Of a stretch of 64,000 bases of DNA, positions 8,249 to 18,299 are shown in pieces. The DNA lies in contig CAVPCQ010000037.1 in NCBI GenBank assembly GCA_963702425.1, positions 341,495-405,494 on the forward strand, given 5' to 3'. A program made the position numbers and the translations under genes. Positions within the stretch are counted from its first letter, which is position 1; every line of letters begins with the position of its first letter. The notes beneath the pieces were generated by a model. It worked only from the letters and a program-made list of their open reading frames with translations. It searched no databases and was not told the origin of the DNA. The DNA is from an uncultured Acidobacteriota bacterium. Its GTDB lineage: Bacteria; Acidobacteriota; Polarisedimenticolia; J045.

Positions 8249-9985
8249 GTGACTGAGCGCGCGCCGGGCACCGCGGCCGAGGCCCCCGGCGTAACCCGGC
8301 GCGGCCCCTCGCCTGGCGTCGCGCTGGCGATCCTGAACCTCGTCGCGGTCCTGCTCGCACTGCACTTCCTGAACGGCCGGCTGGGCGAATGGGGCGGCGA
8401 CAACGTCCGCTACATGCTGCTGGCCGACGCGCTCGCCTCGGGCCGGGGCTACGTCGACATCTTCCTGCCCGGCGCGCCGTTCCACACCGTCTACCCGCCG
8501 GTCCTGCCGGTGCTGCTCACGCCCCTCGTCGCGGCCGGCGCGTCGCTCGTCGTGCTCAACGCCTTCGTGGCGCTGCTGGCGATCGCCGGCCTCAACCTCG
8601 CGTACCTCTTCCTCGCCTCGACCTACGGGTCGCTCACCAGCCTCTTGATCGTGCTCTCGACCGCCTGCTGCGGGGCGTTCCTGGACCCGGCGCTGTCGGT
8701 GATGAGCGACGGGCCGTACTTCCTGCTCTCGATGGCCGCGCTGCTCGCGGTGCGCCGGGCCTTCCGCAGCGAGGCGCGCCGTACGGGCCTCCTCGTGCTG
8801 GCCGGCGTGCTGGTCGGGCTGGCGATCCTCACCCGCATCGCGGGCATCGTGCTGCTGCCGACGGTCGGCGCGTACGCCCTCCTCGGCCACCTGCCGGCCC
8901 TGTCGCTCCGGCGGCGGGTCGAGCGGCTGGCCGTCCTCGGTCTCGTGGCGCTCGCGCTGACCGGGGCCTGGCCGCTGATCGTGCTGAGCCAGGACCGGGT
9001 CGGGCAGCGGAGCTACCTCTGGGAGTTCCTGAACCTGGGGACCGCGAAGGAACGCCAGGGCGGGGGAGGCGGGCCCGCGCGGCCCAGCCTGGTGATGCGG
9101 CCGTTCTACAACGCGTGGGACCTCAGCGAGCGGCTCGCGAACACGCCGATGCCGCGGCAGGCGGCGCGTCTCGGACCGGGCGTCGGCCGCGCGATCGGTC
9201 TCGCCTTCGTTACGGTCTGCGCTGCCGCCGCCGCGCTGGTGCTGCTCGGACTGGCGCGAGGACTGTTTCGCCGGCGCGAGGTCCAGGACTTCTACGTCCC
9301 GTTCTACGGTGCGCTGCTCCTGATGTGGGTTGGCGGGGGATTCCGGCTCGTGATGCCGATCATCCCGTTGCTCCTGGCCTACGCCTGGGACGGCGTCGTC
9401 GCGGCGGGGCGCCGGCTCTCCCGCGGGGGGGCCCGGGACGCGGAGCGGGACGGCGGGCGCCGTCTCGCGCGGGCCGGGAACGCCGTGCTCGCGCTGACGA
9501 TCGTCGCCAACCTGGCCGTGACCTTCTCCTTCCCGCTGATCAACGACCGGCTCCACGGGCGCTACGCGCCCTGGTGGAACGACTTCCTGGCGATCTCCTG
9601 CGGTCTCGCGGCGCGGGTCGGGCCGCGCGACGCGGTGATCTCGGCGCCCGACGGCGTGCTCTTCTGGCTGGCCGGCGTTCCGGCCGCGCCGCTGCCGCGC
9701 TTCCGTGCGCCGGAGGACACGCTGCAGGCGATCCTCGACAGCCACGCCGCCTACCTGGTCACCACGCCGATCCAGGAGCAGAAGTACGGGCGGAGCATCC
9801 TGCGGACGATCGAGGCCTTTCCGGAGCGGTTCCGCAGCGTGGCGCGCGCGGGAGAGGTCGAGGCCTACGCGATCGTGCGCGAACCGGACGCGCCGATCTC
9901 CCCCGCGCCACCGGCTGCGCCCGCCGAGCGGGGCACCGGCGCCGCTCGGGCGCTACCCCCGCGCTGCGCCGCCATCCTGCGCTGA
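8249..9985 (+). CDS. GT-C fold membrane glycosyltransferase (ArnT/PMT-like)
   Basis: Many TM helices. First loop GGDNVRYMLLADALASGRGY, then YPPVLP, MSDGPY and LTRIAGI. Confidence 0.8.
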   Translation: MTERAPGTAAEAPGVTRRGPSPGVALAILNLVAVLLALHFLNGRLGEWGGDNVRYMLLADALASGRGYVDIFLPGAPFHTVYPPVLPVLLTPLVAAGASLVVLNAFVALLAIAGLNLAYLFLASTYGSLTSLLIVLSTACCGAFLDPALSVMSDGPYFLLSMAALLAVRRAFRSEARRTGLLVLAGVLVGLAILTRIAGIVLLPTVGAYALLGHLPALSLRRRVERLAVLGLVALALTGAWPLIVLSQDRVGQRSYLWEFLNLGTAKERQGGGGGPARPSLVMRPFYNAWDLSERLANTPMPRQAARLGPGVGRAIGLAFVTVCAAAAALVLLGLARGLFRRREVQDFYVPFYGALLLMWVGGGFRLVMPIIPLLLAYAWDGVVAAGRRLSRGGARDAERDGGRRLARAGNAVLALTIVANLAVTFSFPLINDRLHGRYAPWWNDFLAISCGLAARVGPRDAVISAPDGVLFWLAGVPAAPLPRFRAPEDTLQAILDSHAAYLVTTPIQEQKYGRSILRTIEAFPERFRSVARAGEVEAYAIVREPDAPISPAPPAAPAERGTGAARALPPRCAAILR

Positions 9986-10999
9986 TCAGCGGGGACGATC
10001 CTCGTTCCAGTCGCGGGGGACGATCCCCAGCAGCCCCGCGAACTGGACCCAGGCGAAGCTGGCCCCGGAGTAGAAGAAGTAGAGCAGGTGCAGCGGGATG
10101 CAGCGCAGCGCGAACCAGGGCCCGCGCGCGCGGCAGAGGAACCGGAAGAGCTGCCGGTTCAGGGCGACGACCAGCAGCACCGCGACGACCGCTCCTGCGA
10201 GGAACCACGGGCTGAGCAAGGCCAGCGGCAGGCAGAGCAGCGCCAGCCCGGTCAGCAGCACCGACAGCTTCTGGCTCTGCTTGATGTTCAGGTCGTCGGG
10301 TGCGCTCCCCTGCGCGCGGTTGAGGCGCGCCCAGGGGATTGCGCGGCAGAAGACGTCGGTCAGCACCATCGAGCGGATCGTCCACTGCTTGAGGTGCATG
10401 CAGAGCAGGGTCGGGTCGAGCACGATCGAGTGCCCCGCGCGCCGCAGCCGGTAGCCCAGCTCGATGTCCTCGATGCAACGCGGGTGGCCCTGTTCGTCGA
10501 ACCCGCCGGCCGCGAGGAAGGCCTCGCGCCGGATCGCCCCGCAGCCGGACCAGAAGGTCGAGGCCTCGCGGTGGCCGGTCTGGTGGGTGTAGTGGTGCAG
10601 CAGGTTCCGGTACTGGCTGACCGTGCCCGGCACCGCCGGCCGGTCGTCGTAGGAGCCGAAGACGGCCGTTGCCTCGGGGTGGGCGTCGAGGAACGCCAGC
10701 ACGCGCGCGATCGCGCCGGGGTGGACCACGACGTCGGCGTCGACGAAGTAGAGGATCTCGCCCCGCGCCTCGCGGGCGCCTGCGTTGCGTGCGCGCGAGG
10801 GGCCGCCGTTGACGGACTGGCGAACGACCCGCGCGCCCTTCGCCGCCGCGAGGGACGGTGTCTCGTCGCGCGAGGCGTCGTCGACCACGATGATCTCGCA
10901 CCCGGCGGGGTCTCCTTCGGCCAGCGCGTCGAGGCACCGGGCCAGGTACGACGCAGCGTTGCAGGCGGGAATCACCACCGACACTCGGCACTCCGACAT
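9986..10999 (-). CDS. GT2 glycosyltransferase with C-terminal membrane helices
   Basis: VSVVIPACN, VVDDAS, ARNAGA, FVDAD, IEDIELGYRL, hydrophobic C-terminus. Confidence 0.9.
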   Translation of the reverse strand: MSECRVSVVIPACNAASYLARCLDALAEGDPAGCEIIVVDDASRDETPSLAAAKGARVVRQSVNGGPSRARNAGAREARGEILYFVDADVVVHPGAIARVLAFLDAHPEATAVFGSYDDRPAVPGTVSQYRNLLHHYTHQTGHREASTFWSGCGAIRREAFLAAGGFDEQGHPRCIEDIELGYRLRRAGHSIVLDPTLLCMHLKQWTIRSMVLTDVFCRAIPWARLNRAQGSAPDDLNIKQSQKLSVLLTGLALLCLPLALLSPWFLAGAVVAVLLVVALNRQLFRFLCRARGPWFALRCIPLHLLYFFYSGASFAWVQFAGLLGIVPRDWNEDRPR

Positions 11000-11001
11000 G
11001 C

Positions 11002-12558
11002 TCAGCCTCGCGGCCGTCCGCGCGGGACGGAACCACTCATGATGGCACGGCCGGCGACCTCCGAGCGCACCGCGCGCCAGACCGCGCGGTCGTCGGCGCT
11101 GACCCCGATCGCCAGGAACAGCGCCAGGCAGGCCAGGCCGAAGGCCGCTGCGGGAACGAGCCAGCCCCAGCGTCCGGGGACCGCGTGCCGCAGCGGGAAG
11201 GCCGCGAGCGCAAGCAGCGCGATCCCGACGACCGGGACGAGGCTCTTCCGGTTCCAGGGGAGCATCCGGAACAGCGTCCAGACCTGCGTGACCTGCAGCA
11301 GCTTGATCGCCAGCAGCGCGACGCTGCTGGCGGCGGCGGCCCCGAGCGCGCCGTAGCGCGGGATCCAGGCCCATTGGAGCGCGGCGCCGAGTGCGACCCC
11401 GAGCGCCAGGTCGGCCAGGTTGAGGCGGGTCCGCCCGGTGATCGCGAAGAACCGCCCGGAGAGGCCGGCCGCGACGGCGATCCCCTTGCCCGCCGCGAGC
11501 ACGATCAGCGGCGCGGCGCCGGCCACGAACTCCGGGCCGAAGAGGGCCAGCCAGTCCTCCGCCCAGAGCATCAGCGCCGCGGCCGAAGCCAGCCCCGGCC
11601 ACAGCGCCCAGCGCGCGGTCAGGTCGTAGAGGTGACGCATCCCGGTTTCGTCGCCGGCGACGAAGTGGTCGGCCAGGCGGGCCTGGAAGATCGGCGCGAG
11701 GCTCTCCTGCGCCAGCAGGACGCCGGTCGCGAGCCGCGAAGCGACGCCGTAGACGCCGACCTCGCGCGCCGGGCGAAAGACGCCCATCAGCAGCAGGTCC
11801 ATGAAGCCGAGCAAGAACGACAGCAGGGATCCGACCATCAGCGGCCAGGAGTAGGCGGCGAGGGGACCGATCGGCAGGCCGGGTCTGTTCGCAGCCGCCG
11901 GTGCGGGTCGGCCCGGCGTGCGCGGGGCCAGCCGCGCGAGCCGCAGCGCGCCGACGAGGATCCCTGCCGCCGGTCCCGCGAGCGTCGACCCTACGACGCC
12001 GCGCCAGCCCCAGCCGACCGACCAGCTCAACGCCATTCCCGCGGCCGTCACCCCGAGCGCGATCACGGAGTCGGTCCAGGCCGCCTCCTTGACCGCCTGG
12101 AAGCCCTGCAGGTTGGCGACGATCGTCGCCAGCAGCGCGGCCAGGACGACCAGCGCGGCGAGCGACCGCAAACCGCTCGCCAGGGCCGGGTCGTGGAACA
12201 GCGCGGAGGAGAGCCGCGGCGCGAGCGCGAAGAGCAGCAGCGCGAGGCTCGCCGACAGGCCGAGCGCGAGCGCCAGCGACGCGCGGACGACGGCGCGGAT
12301 CGCCCGCGGGTCGCCGCCGCGGCGGGCCTGCGACAGGAAGGGCAGGACCCCCGGCGACAGCCCCATCCCGGCCACCAGGCTGGCGATCGCCGTGATCGTG
12401 AGGGCGAGCGTGTAGGTGCCGTAACCGGCGGCGCCGATCACGCGGGCGGCAAAGGCGGCGGCGACGTAACGCATCCCACCGCCGACCACGTGGGCCGCCG
12501 CGACGCCCCCGGCCTCGCGCGCGACGAGGCGGGCCTGCCGCGACGCGGGGCCGCTCAA
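11002..12558 (-). CDS. Wzx-type oligosaccharide flippase
   Basis: About 14 TM segments; ARVIGAAGYGTY, DLLLMG, EVGVYGVA, IPRYGALGAAAA. TTG start overlaps the upstream stop. Confidence 0.88.
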   Translation of the reverse strand: MSGPASRQARLVAREAGGVAAAHVVGGGMRYVAAAFAARVIGAAGYGTYTLALTITAIASLVAGMGLSPGVLPFLSQARRGGDPRAIRAVVRASLALALGLSASLALLLFALAPRLSSALFHDPALASGLRSLAALVVLAALLATIVANLQGFQAVKEAAWTDSVIALGVTAAGMALSWSVGWGWRGVVGSTLAGPAAGILVGALRLARLAPRTPGRPAPAAANRPGLPIGPLAAYSWPLMVGSLLSFLLGFMDLLLMGVFRPAREVGVYGVASRLATGVLLAQESLAPIFQARLADHFVAGDETGMRHLYDLTARWALWPGLASAAALMLWAEDWLALFGPEFVAGAAPLIVLAAGKGIAVAAGLSGRFFAITGRTRLNLADLALGVALGAALQWAWIPRYGALGAAAASSVALLAIKLLQVTQVWTLFRMLPWNRKSLVPVVGIALLALAAFPLRHAVPGRWGWLVPAAAFGLACLALFLAIGVSADDRAVWRAVRSEVAGRAIMSGSVPRGRPRG

Positions 12559-13469
12559 TCCACGGCCCAGCCCATGCTCCGCACGGCGTCGATCGAGCGC
12601 TCGTCGAACGTGGAGAGATCGTGCTGGCGATAGCGTCCGCTCGAGGCCGAAGGGACCGCGAGCGCGCGGATCCGGTCGAGTGGCAGGCCGCGCGGGTCGA
12701 GCTCCAGGAAGTCGATCAGCCCGGGCAGGACCCGGTCGGGAGTCGCCGCCAGCGCGTCGTAGTTGAGGACCATGAAGCGCCTGCCCAGCAGGCGCTCGCC
12801 GTCGGCCGTGGCGCGCTCGGCGGCCTTGATCCAGTAGTCGAGCATCGCCTGCGGCTGGGGCACCCCCGGCGCCGCGGACGGCTGCACGCCGTACAGCGGA
12901 CCCCACAGATGGAGCTGGGTCTGGTTGCGGCTGAAAGCCATGTCGAGCCCGTGGCGGGCGACGTAGATGAACTTGAGGTCGGGCCAGTACTCGGCCAGCG
13001 GGCGCAGGTAGACATGGGAGTTGGGTTCCTTCCAGCCCCACGGGCCCGCGCGAGGGGTCGCGAAGCGCAGCGCGAGGACCAGCCGCGAGGACTGCGCGAG
13101 CGGCCAGCCGGGCGTGAACGCGCGGGTCTGACCGTGGCGGCCGAGCAACGCCTCCCGCACGGCCCGCCCCAGGAATCTGAAGGACGCATAGCCGAGCTCG
13201 CCGCGCGCCACCATCGCGCGCTCGAGGATCCGGAACCCGACCTTCACCTCTTGCGAATTCCGGGCCATCGCCTCGGCGTACCAGCGCGGGCGCTTGAACA
13301 GCAGCGTGAACCAGAGGTTGTCGCGGGCCTGGTTGAGGTCCTCGCCGAGGAACCAGCCGAGCTCCTGGACGATCTCCGCGACGAGGCGCGTGCCGCTGCC
13401 GCCGAGCCCGCCGATGACGAGCGGCCCGGCAGTTCCTGCGGCGGCCGGACCGGCCGGCGAGGTGCTCAC
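12555..13469 (-). CDS. Sulfotransferase
   Basis: 5'-PSB loop IGGLGGSGTR, WGWKEP, RHGLDMAFS (3'-PB), LNYDAL. Alternative start at 13526. Confidence 0.88.
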   Translation of the reverse strand: MSTSPAGPAAAGTAGPLVIGGLGGSGTRLVAEIVQELGWFLGEDLNQARDNLWFTLLFKRPRWYAEAMARNSQEVKVGFRILERAMVARGELGYASFRFLGRAVREALLGRHGQTRAFTPGWPLAQSSRLVLALRFATPRAGPWGWKEPNSHVYLRPLAEYWPDLKFIYVARHGLDMAFSRNQTQLHLWGPLYGVQPSAAPGVPQPQAMLDYWIKAAERATADGERLLGRRFMVLNYDALAATPDRVLPGLIDFLELDPRGLPLDRIRALAVPSASSGRYRQHDLSTFDERSIDAVRSMGWAVD

Positions 13470-13587
13470 GCTCTGCCTTTCCGCGCGGCCGCGCGCGCGC
13501 GCCCCGGGGTCCCCGCCCCGGTTCATCTGAATGTACGGGGAGGCCCGTCGGGGGGCAACGGCCCCCCGGTGAAGGTCCGGGCCGGCT

Positions 13588-14508
13588 TCAGCGGGACGGC
13601 ACGGCGCCGGGAATGTCCCCGTAGCCGAGCGCCTGCATCGCGTGGGATCCCCGCACCCGCTCGTAGAACCCGACCAGCGGTTCGTGGCCGAGGAAGGCGT
13701 AGGCCCGCGAGCGGTCGATCCCCCGCGCGGCCTCGCGGATCGCCTCCGGCGTCGCGGAGAGCCCGCAGAAACGCGTGATGCGCTCGAGCTGCGCCTCGGG
13801 CTCCGCGATCAGGGCCTCGTAGCGGACGGCCAGCTTCGGCCCCTCGTAACGGGCGAGCAGAGCCTCCGCCTCCGTAACGTACTCCTGCCACAGATCGAAC
13901 GCGTCCTCGAGCGCCAGGCAGCGCGTGGAGAAGAGGTAGTTCTCGAACGACTCGGTCGACTTCAGCACGTCCTGCCAGCGCCCCATCAGCGGGCGGATCC
14001 GCAGATAGGCGTCGTCTTCACGGTCGCCCTTCCAGCGCGCGGCCTCGCGCGTCGCGAGGCTCTGCGCCGCGTCGACCCCGTTGCGCTGGATGACGACCAG
14101 CTTCGCACCCGGGAAGACCCGGCTCCAGAGCGGGAAGGTGAAGACGGCGCGCGGGTCCTTGAAGCCCCAAGGGCCGGAGGCCGGATCGAGCGAGTGCCCG
14201 CCCGTGAAGTCGGCAAAGCGCGGCGAGGCGACCGTCCGCGCCAGGAGCCCCGCGGTGTCGTCGAAGAAACGCGGGTGGCGCAGGTACCGCAGCGTCGGAA
14301 GGGGATAGTCCCAGGCTCCGCCGGCGCGGCGCATCACCCATTCGTCGAGGCGCATGAAGAAGTAGTCCTCGGCGTTGGGGTCGGTCCGTGCGCCGAAGTG
14401 GCCGCCGAGTCCCGACAGCAGGCGCACCAGCATCGTCGTGCCGCAGCGGTGCATCCCGGTCACGACGACCGGGGGGGAGGCGGGCGGCGTGCGCGCAGCG
14501 TCGGCCAT
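13588..14508 (-). CDS. Sulfotransferase
   Basis: VTGMHRCGTT, WGFKDPR, RNGVDAAQSL, VRYEAL. Confidence 0.88.
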   Translation of the reverse strand: MADAARTPPASPPVVVTGMHRCGTTMLVRLLSGLGGHFGARTDPNAEDYFFMRLDEWVMRRAGGAWDYPLPTLRYLRHPRFFDDTAGLLARTVASPRFADFTGGHSLDPASGPWGFKDPRAVFTFPLWSRVFPGAKLVVIQRNGVDAAQSLATREAARWKGDREDDAYLRIRPLMGRWQDVLKSTESFENYLFSTRCLALEDAFDLWQEYVTEAEALLARYEGPKLAVRYEALIAEPEAQLERITRFCGLSATPEAIREAARGIDRSRAYAFLGHEPLVGFYERVRGSHAMQALGYGDIPGAVPSR

Positions 14509-14531
14509 CGAGCGTCCTCGTCCGCTCCCGC

Positions 14532-16460
14532 TCAGCGCGGGAGGAGGAAACCCAGCTCGCGCAGCCGCGCGAGGATCGTCTCGCAGCACTCGTCGAGCGA
14601 CATCTGGCCGGTCGGGACGACGATCTCCGGCCGGGTCGGCGGCTCGTAGGGGGCGCTGATCCCGCTGAAGTCCTTGATCTCGCCGGCCCGTGCCCGGGCG
14701 TAGAGGCCGGTGGTGTCGCGCGCCTCGCAGACCGCCAGCGGAGCGTCGCAGAAGACTTCGACGAACGCGCCCTCGCCGACCAGCTGCCGCGCCGCCGCGC
14801 GATCGGCCTCGAACGGCGCGACGAACGAGGCGATCGTGATCAGGCCGAGGTCGCCGGCGAGCTTCGCCATCTCGGCCGCGCGCCGGATGTTCTCGGCCCG
14901 GTCGAGCGCGGAGAAGGTCAGGTCGTGGCTGATCCCCAGCCGGACGTTGCTGCCGTCGAGCACGTAGGCGAAGTAGCCCTGCTCGAACAGCGTCTGCTCG
15001 AGGCGGTAGGCGATCGACGACTTGCCGGAGCGGGGCAGCCCGGTCAGCCAGAGCGTGAAGGGACGCTGTCCCAGGCGCTCGGCCCGGGCCTCGGGGGAGA
15101 TCGCGCTGCGCCGCGGGGTGGGGCGGATGCGCTTGCCTTCGGCCTCGGCCGTGGCGGGGGTGACGTCGAGCAGCATGCCGGCCCCGGCGGTCGCGTTCGT
15201 CAACCGGTCGATGAGAATGAAGGCGCCCATCGCGCGGCTCTTCTTGTAGGGGTCGAAGAGCAGGGGGCGCGCCGTCGTCACCGCCGCGCGGCCGATCTCG
15301 TTCAGCTCCAACGCCGCGGCCGGCTCACGGTGCAGCGTGTTGACGTTGACCTTGTAGCGCAGCGCCGTGACCGCGGCCTGGGTCGTCCCGCTGGCGTGCT
15401 TCAACAGGTAGGGCCGCCCGGGGACGAGCTCCTCCTCGGCCATCCAGACGATCATCGCCTCGAACGCCTGCTGGCTGCGCGGGACGTTGCCCGGGCGGAC
15501 CAGGACGTCGCCGCGCCCGACGTCGAGCTGGTCCTCCAGCGTGACCGTCACCGCCGCGGGGGGCAGGGCCTCCTCGAGTTCGCCGTCGAAGGTGACGATC
15601 GAGCGGATCCGCGAGCGGTTCCCCGACGGGAGCGCGATCACCTGGTCGCCCCGCCGCAGGACCCCCGACGCCAGGGTGCCGCAGTAGCCGCGGAAGCGGT
15701 GATCGGGGCGGGTGACGTACTGGACCGGGAAGCGCAGGTCGATCAGGTTCCGGTCGCTCGAGACGTGGACCGTCTCGAGGTAGTCGAGCAGCGGGCTCCC
15801 CTGGTACCAGGGCATCGAGTCGCCGCGGTGGACCACGTTGTCGCCGCCCAGCGCCGAGACCGGGATGAAGTGCAGGTCCGGCACCTCGAGCCGCTGGGCG
15901 AAGTCGGCGTAGTCGGCGCGTACCCGCTCGAAGACCGCCTGCGAGAAGCCGACCAGGTCCATCTTGTTCACGGCGACGACGATGTGGCGGATCCCGAGCA
16001 GCGAGACGATGAAGCTGTGGCGGCGCGTCTGTGGCAGCACGCCCTGCTCGGCGTCGATGAGAATCACAGCGAGGTTGGCGGTCGAGGCGCCGGTGGCCAT
16101 GTTGCGGGTGTACTGCTCGTGGCCCGGGGTGTCGGCGAGAATGAACTTGCGCCGCCCGGTCGCGAAGTAGCGGTAGGCGACGTCGATCGTGATCCCCTGC
16201 TCGCGCTCGGCGCCCAGGCCGTCGACCAGCAGGGCGAAGTCGAGATTCCCCGCGCCGGCGTGGCCGTGCCGCGCGCTGTCCCGCTCCAGGGCCGCGAGGT
16301 GGTCGTCGGCGACCAGTCCGGCGTCGTACAGCAGCCGGCCGATCAGCGTGCTCTTGCCGTCGTCGACGCTGCCGCAGGTGATGAAGCGCAGCAGGTCCTT
16401 GCGGCCGTGGCTCTCGAGGAAGGCGAGCACGTCCCCCGGCGCCGGATCGCGCTCGATCAT
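14532..16460 (-). CDS. cysN: Bifunctional sulfate adenylyltransferase subunit 1 / APS kinase (CysNC, NodQ-like)
   Basis: GSVDDGKSTLIGRLL, EREQGITIDVAYRYF, DTPGHEQY, NKMD; C-terminal WLTGLPRSGKS...LDGSNVR APS kinase domain. Confidence 0.97.
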   Translation of the reverse strand: MIERDPAPGDVLAFLESHGRKDLLRFITCGSVDDGKSTLIGRLLYDAGLVADDHLAALERDSARHGHAGAGNLDFALLVDGLGAEREQGITIDVAYRYFATGRRKFILADTPGHEQYTRNMATGASTANLAVILIDAEQGVLPQTRRHSFIVSLLGIRHIVVAVNKMDLVGFSQAVFERVRADYADFAQRLEVPDLHFIPVSALGGDNVVHRGDSMPWYQGSPLLDYLETVHVSSDRNLIDLRFPVQYVTRPDHRFRGYCGTLASGVLRRGDQVIALPSGNRSRIRSIVTFDGELEEALPPAAVTVTLEDQLDVGRGDVLVRPGNVPRSQQAFEAMIVWMAEEELVPGRPYLLKHASGTTQAAVTALRYKVNVNTLHREPAAALELNEIGRAAVTTARPLLFDPYKKSRAMGAFILIDRLTNATAGAGMLLDVTPATAEAEGKRIRPTPRRSAISPEARAERLGQRPFTLWLTGLPRSGKSSIAYRLEQTLFEQGYFAYVLDGSNVRLGISHDLTFSALDRAENIRRAAEMAKLAGDLGLITIASFVAPFEADRAAARQLVGEGAFVEVFCDAPLAVCEARDTTGLYARARAGEIKDFSGISAPYEPPTRPEIVVPTGQMSLDECCETILARLRELGFLLPR

Positions 16461-16482
16461 CTCGTGTCCGTCCCGGCGGTGT

Positions 16483-17388
16483 TCAGAAGTAGCCCTCCCG
16501 CTTCTTCTTCTCCATCGAGGCCGTCTCGTCGTGGTCGATCACCCGCCCCTGCCGCTCCGAGCTGCGGGTGCGGATCATCTCGTCGATGATCGCCGGCAGC
16601 GTGTCCGCCGTCGACGGCACCGCCCCGGTCAGCGGGTAGCAGCCCAGGGTGCGGAAGCGGACCATCATCGGCTGCGGCGTCTCGCCGGGCGCCAGCGGCA
16701 GACGGTCGTCGTCGACCATGATCAGCGCGCCGTCGCGCTCGACGATCGGCCGCTCCTTGGCGAAGTAGAGCGGCACGACCGGGATCCCCTCGACCAGGAT
16801 GTACTGCCAGACGTCGAGCTCGGTCCAGTTGGAGAGTGGGAAGACGCGGATCGACTCGCCCTTGCGCAGCTTCGTGTTGAACAGGTTCCAGAGCTCCGGG
16901 CGCTGGTTCTTGGGGTCCCACTGGTGCTCGCGGTCGCGGAACGAGAAGACCCGCTCCTTGGCCCGGCTCTTCTCCTCATCGCGCCGCGCGCCGCCGAAGG
17001 CGGCGTCGAAACCGTGCTGGTCCAGCGCCTGCTTCAGCGCGACGGTCTTCATCTCGTTGGTGTGGACCTGGCTGCCGTGCACGATCGGGCTGATCCCGCG
17101 CGCCAGCGCCTCGCGGTTGATGTAGACGATCAGGTCGAGCCCGTTCTCGCGGCAGAAGCGGTCCCGGAACTCGATCATCTCGCGGAATTTCCACGTGGTG
17201 TCGACGTGCAGCAGGGGGAAGGGGACCGGCGCCGGGAAGAAGGCCTTCTGCGCCAGGCGGACCATCACCCCGGAATCCTTGCCGATCGAGTAGAGCATCA
17301 CCGGCTTCTCGAACTCGGCGGCGACCTCGCGGATGATATGGATGCTCTCGGCCTCGAGCAGCTCGAGGTGCGGCGGTTTCCTGCTCAC
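16483..17388 (-). CDS. cysD: Sulfate adenylyltransferase subunit 2
   Basis: [48 protein letters not shown]. Confidence 0.97.
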   Translation of the reverse strand: MSRKPPHLELLEAESIHIIREVAAEFEKPVMLYSIGKDSGVMVRLAQKAFFPAPVPFPLLHVDTTWKFREMIEFRDRFCRENGLDLIVYINREALARGISPIVHGSQVHTNEMKTVALKQALDQHGFDAAFGGARRDEEKSRAKERVFSFRDREHQWDPKNQRPELWNLFNTKLRKGESIRVFPLSNWTELDVWQYILVEGIPVVPLYFAKERPIVERDGALIMVDDDRLPLAPGETPQPMMVRFRTLGCYPLTGAVPSTADTLPAIIDEMIRTRSSERQGRVIDHDETASMEKKKREGYF

Positions 17389-18083
17389 GGCCGCGTCCGA
17401 TCCGCGGCGTCGTCGGCCGGGTCGACCGGGCCGGCCGGGACGGCGAGCCGCCCGCGGCCGGCGAGCTGCTCGATCACCCGGGCGACCGACTGGCCGAGAG
17501 TGAGCTGCGCGGTGTCGAGCACCAGCTCGGGCGCATCCGGCGGCTCGTAGGGCGCGGAGATCCCGGTGAAGTCGGACAGTTCGCCGGCACGGGCCTTGCG
17601 GTAGAGGCCCTTCGGGTCGCGCGCCTCGCAGACGGCCAGCGGGGTGTCGAGGAAGACCTCGACGAAGCGCTCGCCGCCGGCTGCGTCGCGGGCGCGCTGC
17701 CGGTCGGCGCGGTAGGGCGAGATGAAGGCGACGAGCGCGATCAGGCCGGCGTCGGCGAACAGCGCGGCGACCTCGCCAATGCGGCGGATGTTCTCCTCGC
17801 GGTCGGCGGCCGAGAAGCCGAGGTCGCGGTTCAGGCGGTCGCGCACGTTGTCGCCGTCGAGGACGTAGGCCGCACGGCCGGCGTCGAGCAGCCGCTTCTC
17901 GAGCGCGTGGGCGACGGTCGACTTGCCGGATCCCGACAGTCCCGTGAACCAGACGACGGTGCCCTGCTGGCCGAGCAGCCGCGCGCGGTCGGCCGGCCCG
18001 ACGAGTCCCCGGTGGGGCACGACGACGCGCTCCCGGCCGGCGCCGGGCCTGCGCTCCCGCTCCGTTCGACGGCCGGCGTCCAC
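17385..18083 (-). CDS. cysC: Adenylyl-sulfate kinase
   Basis: [43 protein letters not shown]. Confidence 0.96.
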   Translation of the reverse strand: MDAGRRTERERRPGAGRERVVVPHRGLVGPADRARLLGQQGTVVWFTGLSGSGKSTVAHALEKRLLDAGRAAYVLDGDNVRDRLNRDLGFSAADREENIRRIGEVAALFADAGLIALVAFISPYRADRQRARDAAGGERFVEVFLDTPLAVCEARDPKGLYRKARAGELSDFTGISAPYEPPDAPELVLDTAQLTLGQSVARVIEQLAGRGRLAVPAGPVDPADDAADRTRP

Positions 18084-18207
18084 TCCGTACCCTCACGCTC
18101 GGCACGCCCCCCGGTCGGCCGAGCAGCGATTCTAGCCCGGATCATCCCCGAAGGCCGGGTTGCAACGGCAGACCGCGGCGCCGCTCGGCGGTGCCGTGCC
18201 CGCCCGG

Positions 18208-18236
18208 TTGACCCGGCCCGGCGAGCGGGGTATCAA
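18208..18236 (+). promoter_or_regulatory. Putative sigma-70 promoter (TTGACC-17-TATCAA) for the TMTC-like gene
   Basis: Near-consensus -35 with 17-bp spacer. A divergent TAGAAT on the minus strand at 18129-18134 precedes cysC. Confidence 0.4.
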
Positions 18237-18299
18237 CACCGCGCCGTGCGCACCCCGGCGCGACGCCGCGGGCGGCGCGACACGAGCGAGGAGCGCCGC

